A stretch of DNA of 64,000 bases from the NCBI GenBank assembly GCA_949358305.1, contig OX442314.1:10230001-10294000 (forward strand), given 5' to 3'. Source of the DNA: Strigamia acuminata (Eukaryota). The translations under genes were made by a program, and so were the position numbers. Position 1 is the stretch's first letter. Every line of letters begins with the position of its first letter. The notes under the pieces were generated by a model. It was not told the DNA's origin, ran no database searches, and saw nothing but the letters and a program-made list of their open reading frames with translations. This document shows positions 1 to 12,431 of the stretch, one piece after another.

Positions 1-544
1 ATTTTGTTGACATGTATTGAATTATGTTGAAATGTATTGCAATGTATTTTGAAATGCATTGTTTAATGTACAAATAATTTACTTAATTCTGCGAAATGCT
101 GTACAATCGTGGAAAAAAATAAATTGTCTTTTTTTCCGTTTCTTGTTTGTGTAGTGTACCAAATGGGCTACCATACTTGTGCTTTGTATAGTTGTATCAC
201 CTGGGCTCCAATTGCGCGCGGGGATTAAAAAGTTGTGCTAAATGCGCAGACAAATTACCTTTTTCAATAAATGAAGAAAAGTTTATGACAATTGTAATTT
301 ATAAGAACTAATCTGCATTTTATGTCTTAAATATATAAAAGCCAGACTAAGGTATATCTTTTTAAGTAGTTCGCAAGTCTGTATATGACCGATTGGGCCT
401 CCAATTACGCGCGGGAAAAAATAGCACACGGGTGCAGAATTAGAAGATTTACGGTATTGATTACTGGAAGTAGGGGTACTGGTACTGACCCGGCCTTGTT
501 TCATATCGTATATTGTAAACAATCGCTCACAGTAAGGGGTTTTC

Positions 545-1009
545 ATTAACTGAGCGATTAGTTGATTACTTTGATTAGTCGATTACTTGATGTGTCATGT
601 GACTGGATTCAACCAATCCTGAGAATAATCATTTCATCAAATAAGCAACTAAGCAACTAATCAAGTAATCACCCCAAATCATAATTTTCTGCTGACTTGG
701 GCCGATTATAAGTGCTTTCTCAACTGAAACCAACATGGCGGCGCCAGACCCGCTTCAACTACACAAGGTCATAATTTAGCAAAGTCTGCTCAGTTTAGGT
801 TAAACTGAACACATGAAACGAGTTAGGTAGTTGCAATTATTATTTGTAGGAACTTTTTTTTAAACAATTGCAACGTATTTAGATCACAATTTAAACAATT
901 CCGCCCATCGGAGCAATAATCACATAATCAGATTTTTGTTGGGCCCTCAATAATTGAGTGATTATGATTATTGCAACAATCAACTAATCACAATAATCGC
1001 TCATTTAAT
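545..1009. mobile_element. Putative MITE with imperfect terminal inverted repeats, upstream of the mRpS12 last exon
   Basis: ATTAACTGAGCGATTA at 545 is the near inverse of TAATCGCTCATTTAAT ending at 1009. There are many internal GATTA/TAATC subrepeats and no coding capacity. Confidence 0.5.
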
Positions 1010-1040
1010 AAAAATTAAAAATTTTTATTTTGTTTTTTAG

Positions 1041-1468
1041 GTTTCTCGACCCCGTTGAATTTGGCGGGTCCTCTGGTGAGTCGAGTGTGCGGATTCCATA
1101 TTACGGGCGCGCAGTTTGAGCTGGATAAAGGTGAGAAGGAGCTGATACGGATGCACCGGACGGGTCCGATATACAAAGTGAGGCCCAAGAGAAGCGTGTT
1201 GGACGGGCGGCCTCAGATGAGGGGTGTGGTGATCAGAACTTTGATCAAGAAGCCGAGGAAGCCGAATTCGGCCAATAGGAAGTGCGTGTTGTTGCGGCTG
1301 AGTAATGGGAAGGAGGCGGTTGCGTATGTGCCGGGCGTGGGACACAATTTGCAGGAACACAATGTGGTGTTGGTCGAGGCTAGTCGCTTGCAGGACGTTA
1401 GTGGGGTCAAGATGAAGGTGATTCGGGGGAAATATGATTGTGCTCATGTTATTAAGAATAGTAAATGA
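1041..1468 (+). CDS. MRPS12: Mitochondrial ribosomal protein S12 (uS12m), final coding exon; first exon not identified
   Basis: S12 motifs PQMRGVV..IKKPRKPNSANRKC..RLSNGKEAVAYVPGVGHNLQEHNVVLV..D..GVKMKVIRGKYD. Acceptor ttttag ends at 1040 and AATAAA lies near 1519. Confidence 0.93.
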
Positions 1469-1879
1469 GGTGGCGGTGTTGTTTTTGATGATTTTTTTGT
1501 TTGTAGTTTTTTTTTGTGAATAAAGGAATTTGTTGTGATCGATGGTGTTGAGTGGATTTTCATGCGGGAGGTGGTGGAGGCGATGCGGCAGAGATTGGAG
1601 GTTTTCCCGTTTGAAATGGTTTTTATTTTTATTTTTTAAATTTATGTGAAAAAAAAAATCATTAATTTTTTTATAGGTATTTTATGGGGAAAAATTAACT
1701 GATTGAAGCTATTAAAGGGGGAATAAGGTATTTAACGGGGAAAAATAGCTGAAATGAGCGAAGTTGTGGTTAAAAATAGCTTTAATAGGTGAATAGTTAA
1801 AAAAAAGATGAAATAGGAAATTTACTGTCAGAAATAGATGAAATAAGTTAATTTATTTACAAAATTGTTGAAATAACAG

Positions 1880-2140
1880 AATTTATAGCCAAAAATAGCT
1901 AAAATAAAGGAATTTAAAGTCGAAAATGGATGAAATTTGCAAATTTATAGCCAAAAATGGCTGAAATAGCGAATTTATAGCCAAAAATGGCTGAAATAAG
2001 CAAATTTATAGCCAAAAACGGCTGGAATAAGCAAATTTATAGTAAAAAATGGCTGGAATAAGCGAGTTTATAGCCAAAAATAGCTGGAATAAGTGAATTT
2101 ATAGCCAAAAGTAGCTGGAATAAGCGAATTTATAACCAAA
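1880..2140. repeat. Tandem minisatellite, about 30 bp unit (GAAATAAGCAAATTTATAGCCAAAAATGGCT-like)
   Basis: About 8 imperfect copies are visible. Confidence 0.85.
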
Positions 2141-3719
2141 AATAATGCTTGGAACCGATAACGACAATTAGCGATACGCGACGAACAGCGCCAAATGATT
2201 ATGAAATTATAAATTCAACCGGTAAAGTGAAATTCTAGACGAGGTAATTGTCTCGCTTCCTCGAAACATATGACCATCTCACTATTTTAAATTTACTTAA
2301 AAAATATATCTTAAAAAAAAAAATCCAAAAAAAAAATAAATTCTTTAAAATTTTATTCACAAAAACGCGCAGACGTGGAAGCCAAACACCATTGTCCATC
2401 AACCCAGACATAATTACTTTGCATTTTTATTTACTGCACACAAACCACCAGATCCCCGATAACTCTTACGTGCTTTTGGCCATTTAACGAGCCCTCGCAA
2501 CAAGAAACGAACCCGTAACAATTTTTATGCACCAATTTGCTGTCATCGCTGATGCACTCATCACACGACCAACACGCACCGCCTCCACCAATCCCCGCAC
2601 TCCGGGCGGAGACCACTGACCATCCCCATTGGCCAAGTCACTTTGGGCTCATCCGCGCACCCCCCAATGGCAGAAAACCACTTTGCACTAATAAATAATA
2701 AATATTTAATTCGAAATAAATGAAAAATACAAAGAAAAAAAATTTTTTTCTTTCAATTTTCAAATTTTTTCCGCCATTTTGGAAGTGAAAGTGGACAGTG
2801 GTCAGTTGTTTTGGTCACTCGATGTTGGTTTTGAGTGTTTGTACTTTTTGCACCCCTTTGGCCGGCCTTGTGATGTCCCCTTTGGGTAAAACGAGAGGGA
2901 AGGGGTTTTGGCAGCTGGTCATTGGCCACTGGTTGCTATTTTTAGCCTGGGCGAGTGACCTCGGTGGACCGTGGAGTTGAAAGGGTTAAAACACAAAAGA
3001 TGTGGGTTGGGGACTTGCAGATAGAAGACGCAACTGAAATCTCCCTTGCTTGCTGCCAGGATGGGGACCAGGGGGGACCAGGGGGAGCCTTGTGTGTGTG
3101 TGTGTAAAGGGTTACACAGATGTTGAATAAAGATTTTTGTCGCGCTAAAAATAAAACTTTTTGTTTTGTTTTGTTTTGTTTTGGGCAGTGGGTGGTTTTT
3201 TGGGGGGTGGGGGGTTTGTTTTGATGGTTTTTTGGGGTTTTGGGGGGAATGTGTAGGTTTTTGGAGGTTGTTGAAGGAAAAATGGATGTTTTGGGGGTTT
3301 TTTTTACTCATTTTTTTGGTAAAAAATTTGTTGGTTTTTTTTTTTTTTGGTTTTTTATTCGATGTGTGTGGAATTTTTCATTGGTTTTTAGGTGTTGGGG
3401 TTTTTTTTTTTGGTCAATTTTGGGCCTAAAACAGGAAACATTGGGTCTAAATGGGTAAAAATTTAGAAAAATGTGCAAAAATTTGGAAAAGGTGCACAAA
3501 TTTAGGGAATTGTGAATAAAAGAGTAAAAATTTAGGGAATTGTGAATAAAAGAGCAAAAATTTAGGGAATTGTGAATAAAAGAACAAAAATTTAGTAAAG
3601 TTGAGAAAATGTAGGAAAATGTGCAAAAATTTGTGAAAATTTGAAAAAATGTGTATAAATTGTGCGAAAATTGACAATAAAATGCGCAAAAATTGAGCAC
3701 AGTGTGAACAATTCTGCAA

Positions 3720-4000
3720 AAATTTGAGTAAATGCTCAAAAAATGTGCACAAATTTGAGTAAATCCTCAAAAAATGTGCAAAAATTTGAGTAAATCCTCA
3801 AAAAATGTGCAAAAATTTGAGTAAATCCTCAAAAAATGTGCAAAAATTTGAGTAAATCCTCAAAAAATGTGCAAAAATTTGAGTAAATCCTCAAAAAATG
3901 TGCAAAAATTTGAGTAAATGCTCATAAAATGTGCAAAAATTTGAGTAAATGCTCATAAAATGTGCAAAAATTTGAGTAAATGCTCAAAAAATGTGCAAAA
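3720..4000. repeat. Tandem minisatellite, about 30 bp unit (AAAAATTTGAGTAAATCCTCAAAAAATGTGC-like)
   Basis: About 9 near-identical copies. Confidence 0.9.
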
Positions 4001-4279
4001 ATACCAAATCTTTTTAAACTTTTGCCTTTTGCGATCCACTTTCGTCTATGAAATTTTTACGCGACCACGGCTATGAGTATATAACTTACAAATCAAACAT
4101 TTTTCGTGACCCTCACACGACCCACAGTTTAAGCAGCCCTGTCCCACACCAATCTTACAAACCCCACCAATCATTAAACCCTCCCCTCCATCCAATCCCA
4201 AAAAAAACCCAAAACCATCAATCCCCCCACCAAACCCCCAAAAATTCAAACCCAAAAAAAAAAACCAAAAAATCCCCCC

Positions 4280-4435
4280 CAAAAAAAGAAATCCGCACTC
4301 TATTGGTCAAGCAAAGCGGTCAACCAATCGATTCTATCCCCCCTGTTTATTATGCCACACGCTCATGTAAAATGACAGTCAGATGGCGCATGCCCGTGCA
4401 ATCGAGAGCCAACCACGTGACTTAACCAATCCCAA
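4280..4435 (+). promoter_or_regulatory. Probable proximal promoter of giant
   Basis: Clustered CCAAT/ATTGG boxes and a CACGTG E-box directly upstream of the ATG at 4502. Function is inferred. Confidence 0.35.
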
Positions 4436-4501
4436 CCCCCAATCCTTCTTGACAAACACACAGCGGTCACTCTCGACCAAACAACACCAAAAAATCCAAA
4501 A

Positions 4502-5455
4502 ATGCCCAGCGACTCGGACCCTCCGACAGCCTGGTGGTCGCCAAACACCGACCAACAACACCAACCGCTCGATTTCTCGACCAAACCCCGAGTGCGCGCG
4601 TACCAACCGCCGCACCAACCGCCGCCCTCGAGCCGCTCGCCGGCGCTCAAATTTCATCACCGGCCCAACCCGGATCGCGCGCCGACGAGCAGCGACAGCA
4701 CGCCGCTCACGATGGGCTTCTTCCGGCCGGGCCAACACTCGCCTCCGCCGGCGCCGCCGATGCCGTTGCATTTCAACTTTTTAGACCCGATGATGGGCAT
4801 GAACGATTCCTTTCGACCTGCCGGACTTCTAGGCGGTCTATCGCAGCTGCCTTTCTCGTTTTTAGACAATCGCAGACCGTCGGCGAAGAATATGCGCCCG
4901 TTTAAGGCCTACCCGAGAGATCCATTGGCCTTACCGTTGGGATATTGCGGCTTATCGTCACCAGTTGTCCCCATGGATATTCAGCAGGGGCTGTTATTAA
5001 ATGACGACGCGTATGTGGATTTTCGGAAAAACGTGCTGTTGGCGAGTTCCGGGGCCACCGGACAGGTGAGGGAACGTGAGGAGAGGGGGAAGGGGTCCCC
5101 GAAGCCGTGCGGGGACGCTGGGGAACGTGAGAGGATCGAGAGAGATGAGGACGAGACGGCCGCGTCGTCACTGTCGCCCGACTCGTCGCCGCCATCTTCG
5201 TCGACGTCGTGCGCGGTGAGCGGGAAGAGGAAGCCGAGAACTTTGCCGGATGAATTGAAGGATGATGCGTATTGGGAGAGGAGGAGGAAGAATAATGAGG
5301 CGGCGAAGAGGTCGCGTGATGCGAGGCGGGCGAAGGAGGACGAGATCGCGATCAGGGCCGCCTATTTGGAGCAGGAGAATCTGAGATTGAAGGTGGAACT
5401 GGCGACGATGAAAACTGAGACGAATCGGCTCAGGTGTTTGCTTTATAATAGTTGA
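4502..5455 (+). CDS. gt: Giant-like bZIP transcription factor, single exon, 317 aa
   Basis: C-terminal b[47 protein letters not shown], the giant-type [11 protein letters not shown] motif, and a CtBP-type PLDFS motif. Confidence 0.85.
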   Translation: MPSDSDPPTAWWSPNTDQQHQPLDFSTKPRVRAYQPPHQPPPSSRSPALKFHHRPNPDRAPTSSDSTPLTMGFFRPGQHSPPPAPPMPLHFNFLDPMMGMNDSFRPAGLLGGLSQLPFSFLDNRRPSAKNMRPFKAYPRDPLALPLGYCGLSSPVVPMDIQQGLLLNDDAYVDFRKNVLLASSGATGQVREREERGKGSPKPCGDAGERERIERDEDETAASSLSPDSSPPSSSTSCAVSGKRKPRTLPDELKDDAYWERRRKNNEAAKRSRDARRAKEDEIAIRAAYLEQENLRLKVELATMKTETNRLRCLLYNS

Positions 5456-5912
5456 CATTTGGTGGTACCGTGAACTGTGAACGTGAAATTTTGCTCAAGT
5501 TTTTTTTATTTTTATTTTTTTTTGTGTTATTTTATTTTTTGCTGTAAATTGTGTAGTAGATAATAAGAAATATTTATTTTGGAATTATAGTTTTGTTGTG
5601 GATGTTGAGGAATAAAAATTATTGAATGATGAGGTTGTGTTGTTGTTGTTTTTTTTTTAGATTGTGTTTAGATTTGGGTGGAAAAGTGAGGTTTTGTTGG
5701 GAGATTTATGAAAGTTTGGTCGGAAAAGTGAAACAATGTTGAGGTTAGGCTGAGGTTTGTGAGAAAAGGTTGGGGTTTTGACTGGGAAAGTTGTGAAGGA
5801 GGGAGATTGGTCGGAAAAGTAGTGACGCATTTATTGGTAAACGTGGAGGTTACGAGTTGAAAATTACTCAATGCTTTTCCGTAGACTATAAAACTTAGAA
5901 ATCTCCTCATAT

Positions 5913-6295
5913 AAGTTGAAAATTCGGTGGTAAAAAAAACCAGAAAAGTTGAAAATTCGGTGGTAAAAACCCAGAAAAGATGAAAATTAGGTGGTAAAAC
6001 CCCAGAAAAGATGAAAATTCGGTGGTAAAAACGCAGAAAAGTTGAAAATTAGGTGGTAAAAAACCAGAAAAGTTGAAAATTCGGTGGTAAAAACGCAGAA
6101 AAGTTGAAAATTCGGTGGTAAAAACCAAGAAAAGTTGAAAAATCGATGGTAAAAACTCAGAAAAGTTGAAAATCCGGTGCTAAAAAAACTGAAAAGTTGA
6201 AAATTCGATGGTAAACATCCAGAAAAGTTGAAAATTCGGTGGCAAAAACCCAGAAAACTTGAGAATTTGGGGGTAAAAATCCAGAAAACTTGAAA
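5913..6295. repeat. Tandem minisatellite, about 30 bp unit (AGAAAAGTTGAAAATTCGGTGGTAAAAACCC-like)
   Basis: About 12 imperfect copies. Confidence 0.9.
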
Positions 6296-8279
6296 TATTC
6301 TTGAAAACATTTAACACCTTGAAAAATTCATAGAAAAAAACACAAAAAACATGAAAATTTTGAGAAAAACACAAAAAAAACTTTGAAAAATCTACGAAAA
6401 ACTCGAAAATTTTCGAAAATTTCCTCAAAAACTCAAAATGTTTCGAAAATTTCCTCTTCAATAAAATATAAATTTATATAAAATGTATATAAAACCCGAC
6501 AATTTCATAAAAAACTCTTCCAAAAACGGAAAAAAAAAATTTATGAAACACTCACATAACCCTAAAACAACGAAAAACCCCCTCAAAACCCCCACACACA
6601 CCAAACCCAAAATTCCATCCCCAAACCTTCAAACTCCCAACCCAACAAACTCACTCCCAAACCCCAAAACTCTGGTCATTGACCACAACTTTGCCTCAAG
6701 GCCTCGAATACCTCACTCCACTTTTGCATGATTCTTAGATGGGGTCTCAAAGGATTGTCCAAGGGCTTGACCATTGATCATCGACCAACCAACAGGTCAA
6801 CAACCTTCAAAATCTCCCCCTTGGGACCAAACTCAAAAGAATCTCATCCTCAAAAGGGTTGCATCTGTGACCTTTGACCCAATCATCTCAGGCCATGCGG
6901 AAATCACCAAAACTGACCATTTCCACCAATCCCACAATGCCTTTCTTCCACCCAAAAAAATATTTATTTCTTAAATCGACAAAATCGCGCGAAAAATGCT
7001 AAATATTAATATTTGTACATAAAAAAGGCCTAAATCACATTAATTTTACATTAAAACATAGTCTAGTCCGCGCACGATGTCGTGTACATGCAAATCAACA
7101 TTTATTTCCTTCCATCAAAACAATTACATTCATTATGCGGTTTAGGCCTAACAATTCCTATCAAACCAACCCGATATGCTGTAATTACTTTTCAGCTTGC
7201 ACAGGGCCGACAAACATGCGTCAATACAGGCCCGCCCACTTGTGTGTGTGTGTGTAGACCATTTTTTTCTTTTTTAGTTTTTTTTTTTTTTATTTAGTTT
7301 TTATCGAAAATAAGTTGACAAATATAATGCCGTGCGTGAAAATTGGTTTGCCTCAACACTCACGCTAATAAAGGAGCCCTGAACGCCACTTCCGGCCACA
7401 AAATACTTGCGTGGGTTTGCGTCTGCTGATGGCAGGCCCTGATACAATGCTATTTCTCACGATATGTACCGTTTTGTGGTTTGGCTGTGGTGGAAAAAAT
7501 AATAATAACAAACGCGAATGAAATGAACATTGCATTGCAATTTACAATTATTTTGTAAGAAAAATAAACAAAATGAATAAATTAGACAAATAAAGTGCGG
7601 GATGTTATCGCTGCGGCGCTGCTGCATCTGACAATATAAAATGGCGCTGACGAGATGTAAAAAGCGAGTTTAAAAATTCGGTTTATTGTTAAATTACGTC
7701 AAAATATTTTGTTTTTTGTATAAATAAAACTCAAATACAGAATAATTGTTAATAATTTCGATAAAATCTTTGATGATTTTTGCGATTTTCGGCTCAAAAC
7801 TCGACTCGCCGAGTCGCCGTGCATTGGTATGCGCGCCAACCGCGGTGGAAAATTGCAACTAATCTGATAAACAACAAGCTATAAAGTTTATTAGGAATTT
7901 GTTTTCGTAGTTGCGGTAATTTGAAAGGAAATTAATGGTTCGAAATTATGATTAATAAATGAAATTGGCTCTAATAACAAACAGACTGGAACTGTTGTTA
8001 GTCACAGTTCACTTTAGATTGAACAGGAATAATTATTAATATTGCATGTAAATGTGCGTATTGAGTCAATGAAAAATGAAGCCATCGATTGTTTGTCACA
8101 TGTTTTTATGTAGGAAAAAAAAGTTAGGGGCTGCCAACATGCAACAAAGTTATCAGCGAATAATTTTATCTCTATTGACTTCCTAATGCGAGTAGAAAAA
8201 ATATAAATTGGAGGGGGAAAACACCCACTTTGGAAACCACAATGCACTAAATAAAAAATAATGTAATTACACGTGCAGT

Positions 8280-8627
8280 AAATTAGAATAGGGGTGAAAT
8301 TACATCAATAACGAGGAAACAACTTGATTTGCGAATTTTATTTGCATTTATTTGCATTTTAGAGTGGAAAAATGTGCATTTTTAGGGATGTTATAGTGTT
8401 TGGTTTGCGCCGCGCTCATTAGAGGGCGAGTTTGACATATGACGAAATTAAACTTACAGTAAATTAAAATATGAGTGAAATTACATTTATATCGAGTAAA
8501 TATGTTGATTTGGTGTATTTATTTGTTTTAATTTGTATTTTATAGTGAATTTTTGTGAGTTTTTGGAAATTTTTGGGGTTTGGTTCGCGCCGCGCTCGGT
8601 AGAGAGCGAATTTGACTAATGGCGGAA
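8280..8627. repeat. Diverged direct duplication of about 180 bp
   Basis: Units 8280-8447 and 8461-8627 share GTGAAATTACAT ... TTTGGTTYGCGCCGCGCTC..TAGAG.GCGA.TTTGAC. Confidence 0.7.
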
Positions 8628-10006
8628 AGCCGTGAAAGGCGAAGGAAAAAGGTATCGATTCGGCAACGGTAAATTGAATCGATAGTAATTACACAGCGCT
8701 GGCCGTTTAAACGTCGACTCTGGGTTCAAACGAGGCAATTATAATGTCGCAATGCGAAAATAATTACATGAATTTTCTAGTTTTGCTAACAGCTGGTGTA
8801 GTTTGATAAGCTGATAATAGATGTCGCCTCGGCTGATGACTGATTCGTTTAGTCTTTTATATTTATCAGTTAAGTCGTTTTTAATTCGATACTTTTTGAT
8901 TGGACAGGTTGGAATGGGAAACTGTTTAGTTTTTTTTTTTTGTTTTGTTTTTTATTTTATGGTAAGTGATTTGGTGTGTCATTTTGGCGCCGCGCCATCT
9001 AGCTTTCACTTTGAGTAATATGGCGGTGGGTGAATGCTGAGTCGCTAGGATTTGTTTTTGTCACATAAACAACGGTCGGGTTAAAAGAATAATCGAGAGA
9101 ATAATAGATCACGAGTTTGCTTGTTTTTAAAACGTTTTTAAAGCGTAACAACATTCGCGGTTTTAGACGTAAAATTCTTCTTAAAAAAATGATAAAATAA
9201 TAAAAATAAATACGTATTTTAATTGGCATTTTTTAAAATTTTTATTTTATTTATAGAACAAATCGCACAAGTTTTAACAACGATCAAAGTTTGTATCACT
9301 GTCTTCTGTCGATTTTGCTCTACTTTTAAATCGAGCTATAGTTTCCACGGGGCCACTTTGTCGCATATGTATTTATATTTATTACATATAAAGAGATAAT
9401 AATAAGTGTATTTTTTAGATTTTTTAAAAATTTTGTGCTTAGGGGCCCTGCAATAACTAAGCCTGCTATTTTTGCGGAAAATAAATTTTTCCCAAAATGT
9501 TTCCATAGTTGCGGATAGGCCAAATGCAGCATTTTGGCACTAAATTTTTTTAATTCTGAGGTACTTTTTGGTCCGCAATTTCCGCAATTGGACCATTGTG
9601 CCGCAATTGCGGGTTTGATAAAGTAAACGTGCATATTGCGTAATATGCATGTATCTGATACGTTAACACGATATTCTGTACATTTTTCATATACAAACAT
9701 GTCGTATTGCCACAATAAATAAAAAAAAAGCGCATTACGTCCGCAAAATGGCAGTTTTTTGATCCGCTTTCCGCTCGCAATTTCATTGTTTTTAGTCCGC
9801 AAAAATATCTGGCTTAGCAATAACTACATCCAGCCCTTCTTCCACGGGATTTACTTCCAGGCGCAGTGCTGGATTGTGGGATTAACAATTAGGCACAGTA
9901 GGGATCGGCCTAGGGATTTCATGGGATTCTACATGATTCCATTGAATTCTACGGGATTCCTCAAGACCTCGCAGGATTTGCTTGTTGTGTTTTGTTATTT
10001 CATTTA

Positions 10007-10265
10007 CCGTATTTTACCAAATAAGAGCCGCGGCTCTTATTGAAAACTGCCACTTTGAGCTGCGGCTTTAATTCGGGGGCGGCTCCAATTCGGGGGCGGC
10101 TCTTAATTTAAATAGTGGCCAATACCGTACTATTACGTTCATTGAACGTATATAGCTGCGGCTACTATTCGAGGGCGGCTCTTATATCAAGTCGCCTATC
10201 TCGGCCGCGGCTACAATTCGAGGGCGGCTACAATTCGAGGGCGACTCTTATTCGGTAAAATACGG
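10007..10265. mobile_element. Tc1/mariner(pogo)-type MITE
   Basis: Left TIR CCGTATTTTACCAAATAAGAGCCGC matches the reverse complement of the right end, CCGTATTTTACCGAATAAGAGTCGC. TA flanks both sides. Internal GCGGCT..ATTCGRGG repeats. Confidence 0.85.
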
Positions 10266-10267
10266 TA

Positions 10268-10569
10268 TACTGCATTTACATGCGCCGAATATTTTGAGTG
10301 GTGAATAATTCGAGTGGTGAAAAAATCAAATTGTTGTGTTTACATGCAGAAAATAATTCGTGATCACTTTAGGTTTTCGACCAATGGGGAAGTGCCGGAA
10401 GCGATGCGAGCATGCGCAGTAAAAATAGTTCGAGTTTACTCGAATTAAACAACCTTCTGCGAGGGATTATTCACTACTCGAATAATCCTTGTCATCCCTG
10501 TTTACATAACAGTTGTGCGCACGGAATATTTCATCTCACTCGGACTATTCCGTGCATGTAAACATAGTA
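10268..10569. mobile_element. Second MITE abutting the first
   Basis: Left end TACTGCATTTACATGCGCCGAATA resembles the reverse complement of the right end, TACTATGTTTACATGCACGGAATA. Confidence 0.6.
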
Positions 10570-11597
10570 TTAATGGTTTGTTATTGTATACATAATTTTC
10601 TTTTGGCAAATTTTTAAATAGTTCAAATAAAAATTCCATGCTAGCGGCGTGGGTGACTTTTAGTACATCACTAATAATAGTAGATCATCGCTCGGCAAAC
10701 TGATTGGCCGTGACGGTGGATCTCGGATTTCAATCGAGCACATTGCCAAAATAACCAAAAGACCCTTCTTGTTATTCCCGCCATTTTTAATTTTTTTTTT
10801 TTTTAAATTTAAATTTAAATTGAAAACATCGTTAATAGGAGCGGCGTTTAGCTGGTGTCAGCCGACCTTGTTCCTTTCGCACGTCTCCTTAAATTTATTT
10901 CACAATGACAAATCGCTGTTCGTAAGATAGAAAATAGCTGCACTGTCTGCGAGTAATGGGCTTGTAAAAAAAATAAATGGAGCAATGAATAGACTTAGAG
11001 AGAGAAAGAAAGAAAGAAAGCAGGTGGCACATGCCAAATTAAACATTGCCACTAAATGATGTCTTAAAACATGAAAATAAAAATAAAAATCCAGTACACA
11101 TTTATTCAGATGGGCAAGGAACTGCCCAGGATGCTATAGGACCTTCCGAATGAATATGTTGTTTCTCCGATGCCGAAGAAAGAACATCGGGTGACGTTCA
11201 GAAGTTCTACAGTTCGTGTCCAGTATCTTGATGCCAAATTCATACTGCGCATCCCATTCTACGGGGTCTTGCTTTTCTTTCCTGTATTTAAAAAATTTGG
11301 TGCTCTTAATCCCTCTGGTGTACTCGAGTTGCACTCAAAAAGGCACTTTACAAGGTGTACTCCCATTGGTCGAGCCAGTTTACTACAAACTCCAGACTGT
11401 ATACTACTACTAGGAGAAGTAGTTTTGATTTTTATTTATTGTTGTGATTGTTATGACTAGTTTAGTTAATGTTATTTTGATTTTATTTAATAAAAAATGT
11501 CATTTCCATCATTAAAATGAAGTTTTACACATTAAAAAATGTCAAACTCATGTTTGTTGTGTTTATTGCTTACATCGTCTGGAAGTTTGAATTTTAA

Positions 11598-11751
11598 GCC
11601 TAGTTCACATGCATGTGTTTAACGCGCCAATTAGATGCGATGCATCATGTGAACTATTTTGCATCGCCAACGCGCGTTGGCCGATGCAACATGCAATTTT
11701 GTGCAATTTCGTGCGTTAGCGCATGCAACAACGCATGCATGTGAACCCGCC
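11598..11751. mobile_element. Short MITE, possibly PIF/Harbinger-like
   Basis: GCCTAGTTCACATGCATG ... CATGCATGTGAACCCGCC inverted ends, flanked by TAA and TTA. Confidence 0.55.
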
Positions 11752-12431
11752 TTATTCACGTGCAACAAACAGTTTTGTGATTGTTTCAATAGTTTTTTTG
11801 GAAAGCCAATTTTTGCCGGTGGTTTTATATTTATGAAACGTACCTTACAGTGTTTCTTTATTATGCTTCGATCAACGGTTGGTTATCGACTTATCGTAGT
11901 GTAACATCAACATCACAACAGCCATACTTATTTTAAAACAGACTTTACATTTTCCAGTCACAAGACTAGAATAATCGGCCATTTTGGTCCTTATTCAAAT
12001 AAAAAAAACTGTTATTTTCCATGCCGCACATCGGCATTATTCAAGGTAAAATGAAGATCTCTTGATCCGAGCGTCGTAATTGCTTTTTCTACCCCTTCGC
12101 CCTCCCTAGCCCCCCCAAAGCACATTTTTACTTTTATTTATTTTTTTCCTTGTTGTGAAGTGAAGCCAAACACTGTCAAACACGAGCAAGGATTGGTGCA
12201 ATTGGGCTAAAACGATTCGAGCAATTCGCTTCCCCCGTCGAACGATCTGACAAGTCGCATTCCGCTCGTGTCTCGTAAACCGCGCGGCGCGCACCCGACA
12301 CAAGCCGCAGATGCACGTTCCACGCGTGCTTGTCTTTCTTGTCGGCTCCGACTCCTTGACAGGCCATCTCTCAACCCTAGGTTAGTGGAATTTACGTCCC
12401 CAGAACCAGTCCCCGTCCCCGCCACGCACGC

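Noticed and set aside
735..767. ATG GCG GCG.. as the first exon of mRpS12
   Set aside because: Its GT donor is phase 0 while the exon at 1041 needs phase 1, and it lies inside a probable MITE.
2919..4425. K/P/N-rich and F/G-rich ORFs upstream of giant
   Set aside because: They result from strand-skewed low-complexity sequence and tandem repeats, with no recognisable domains.
3720..6295. Regular ~30-bp repeats resembling CRISPR arrays
   Set aside because: The units are head-to-tail with no unique spacers, there are no cas genes, and the context is eukaryotic.
9440..9840. Possible hAT-like element with CCGCAA subrepeats
   Set aside because: The inverted ends are too degenerate to define boundaries.
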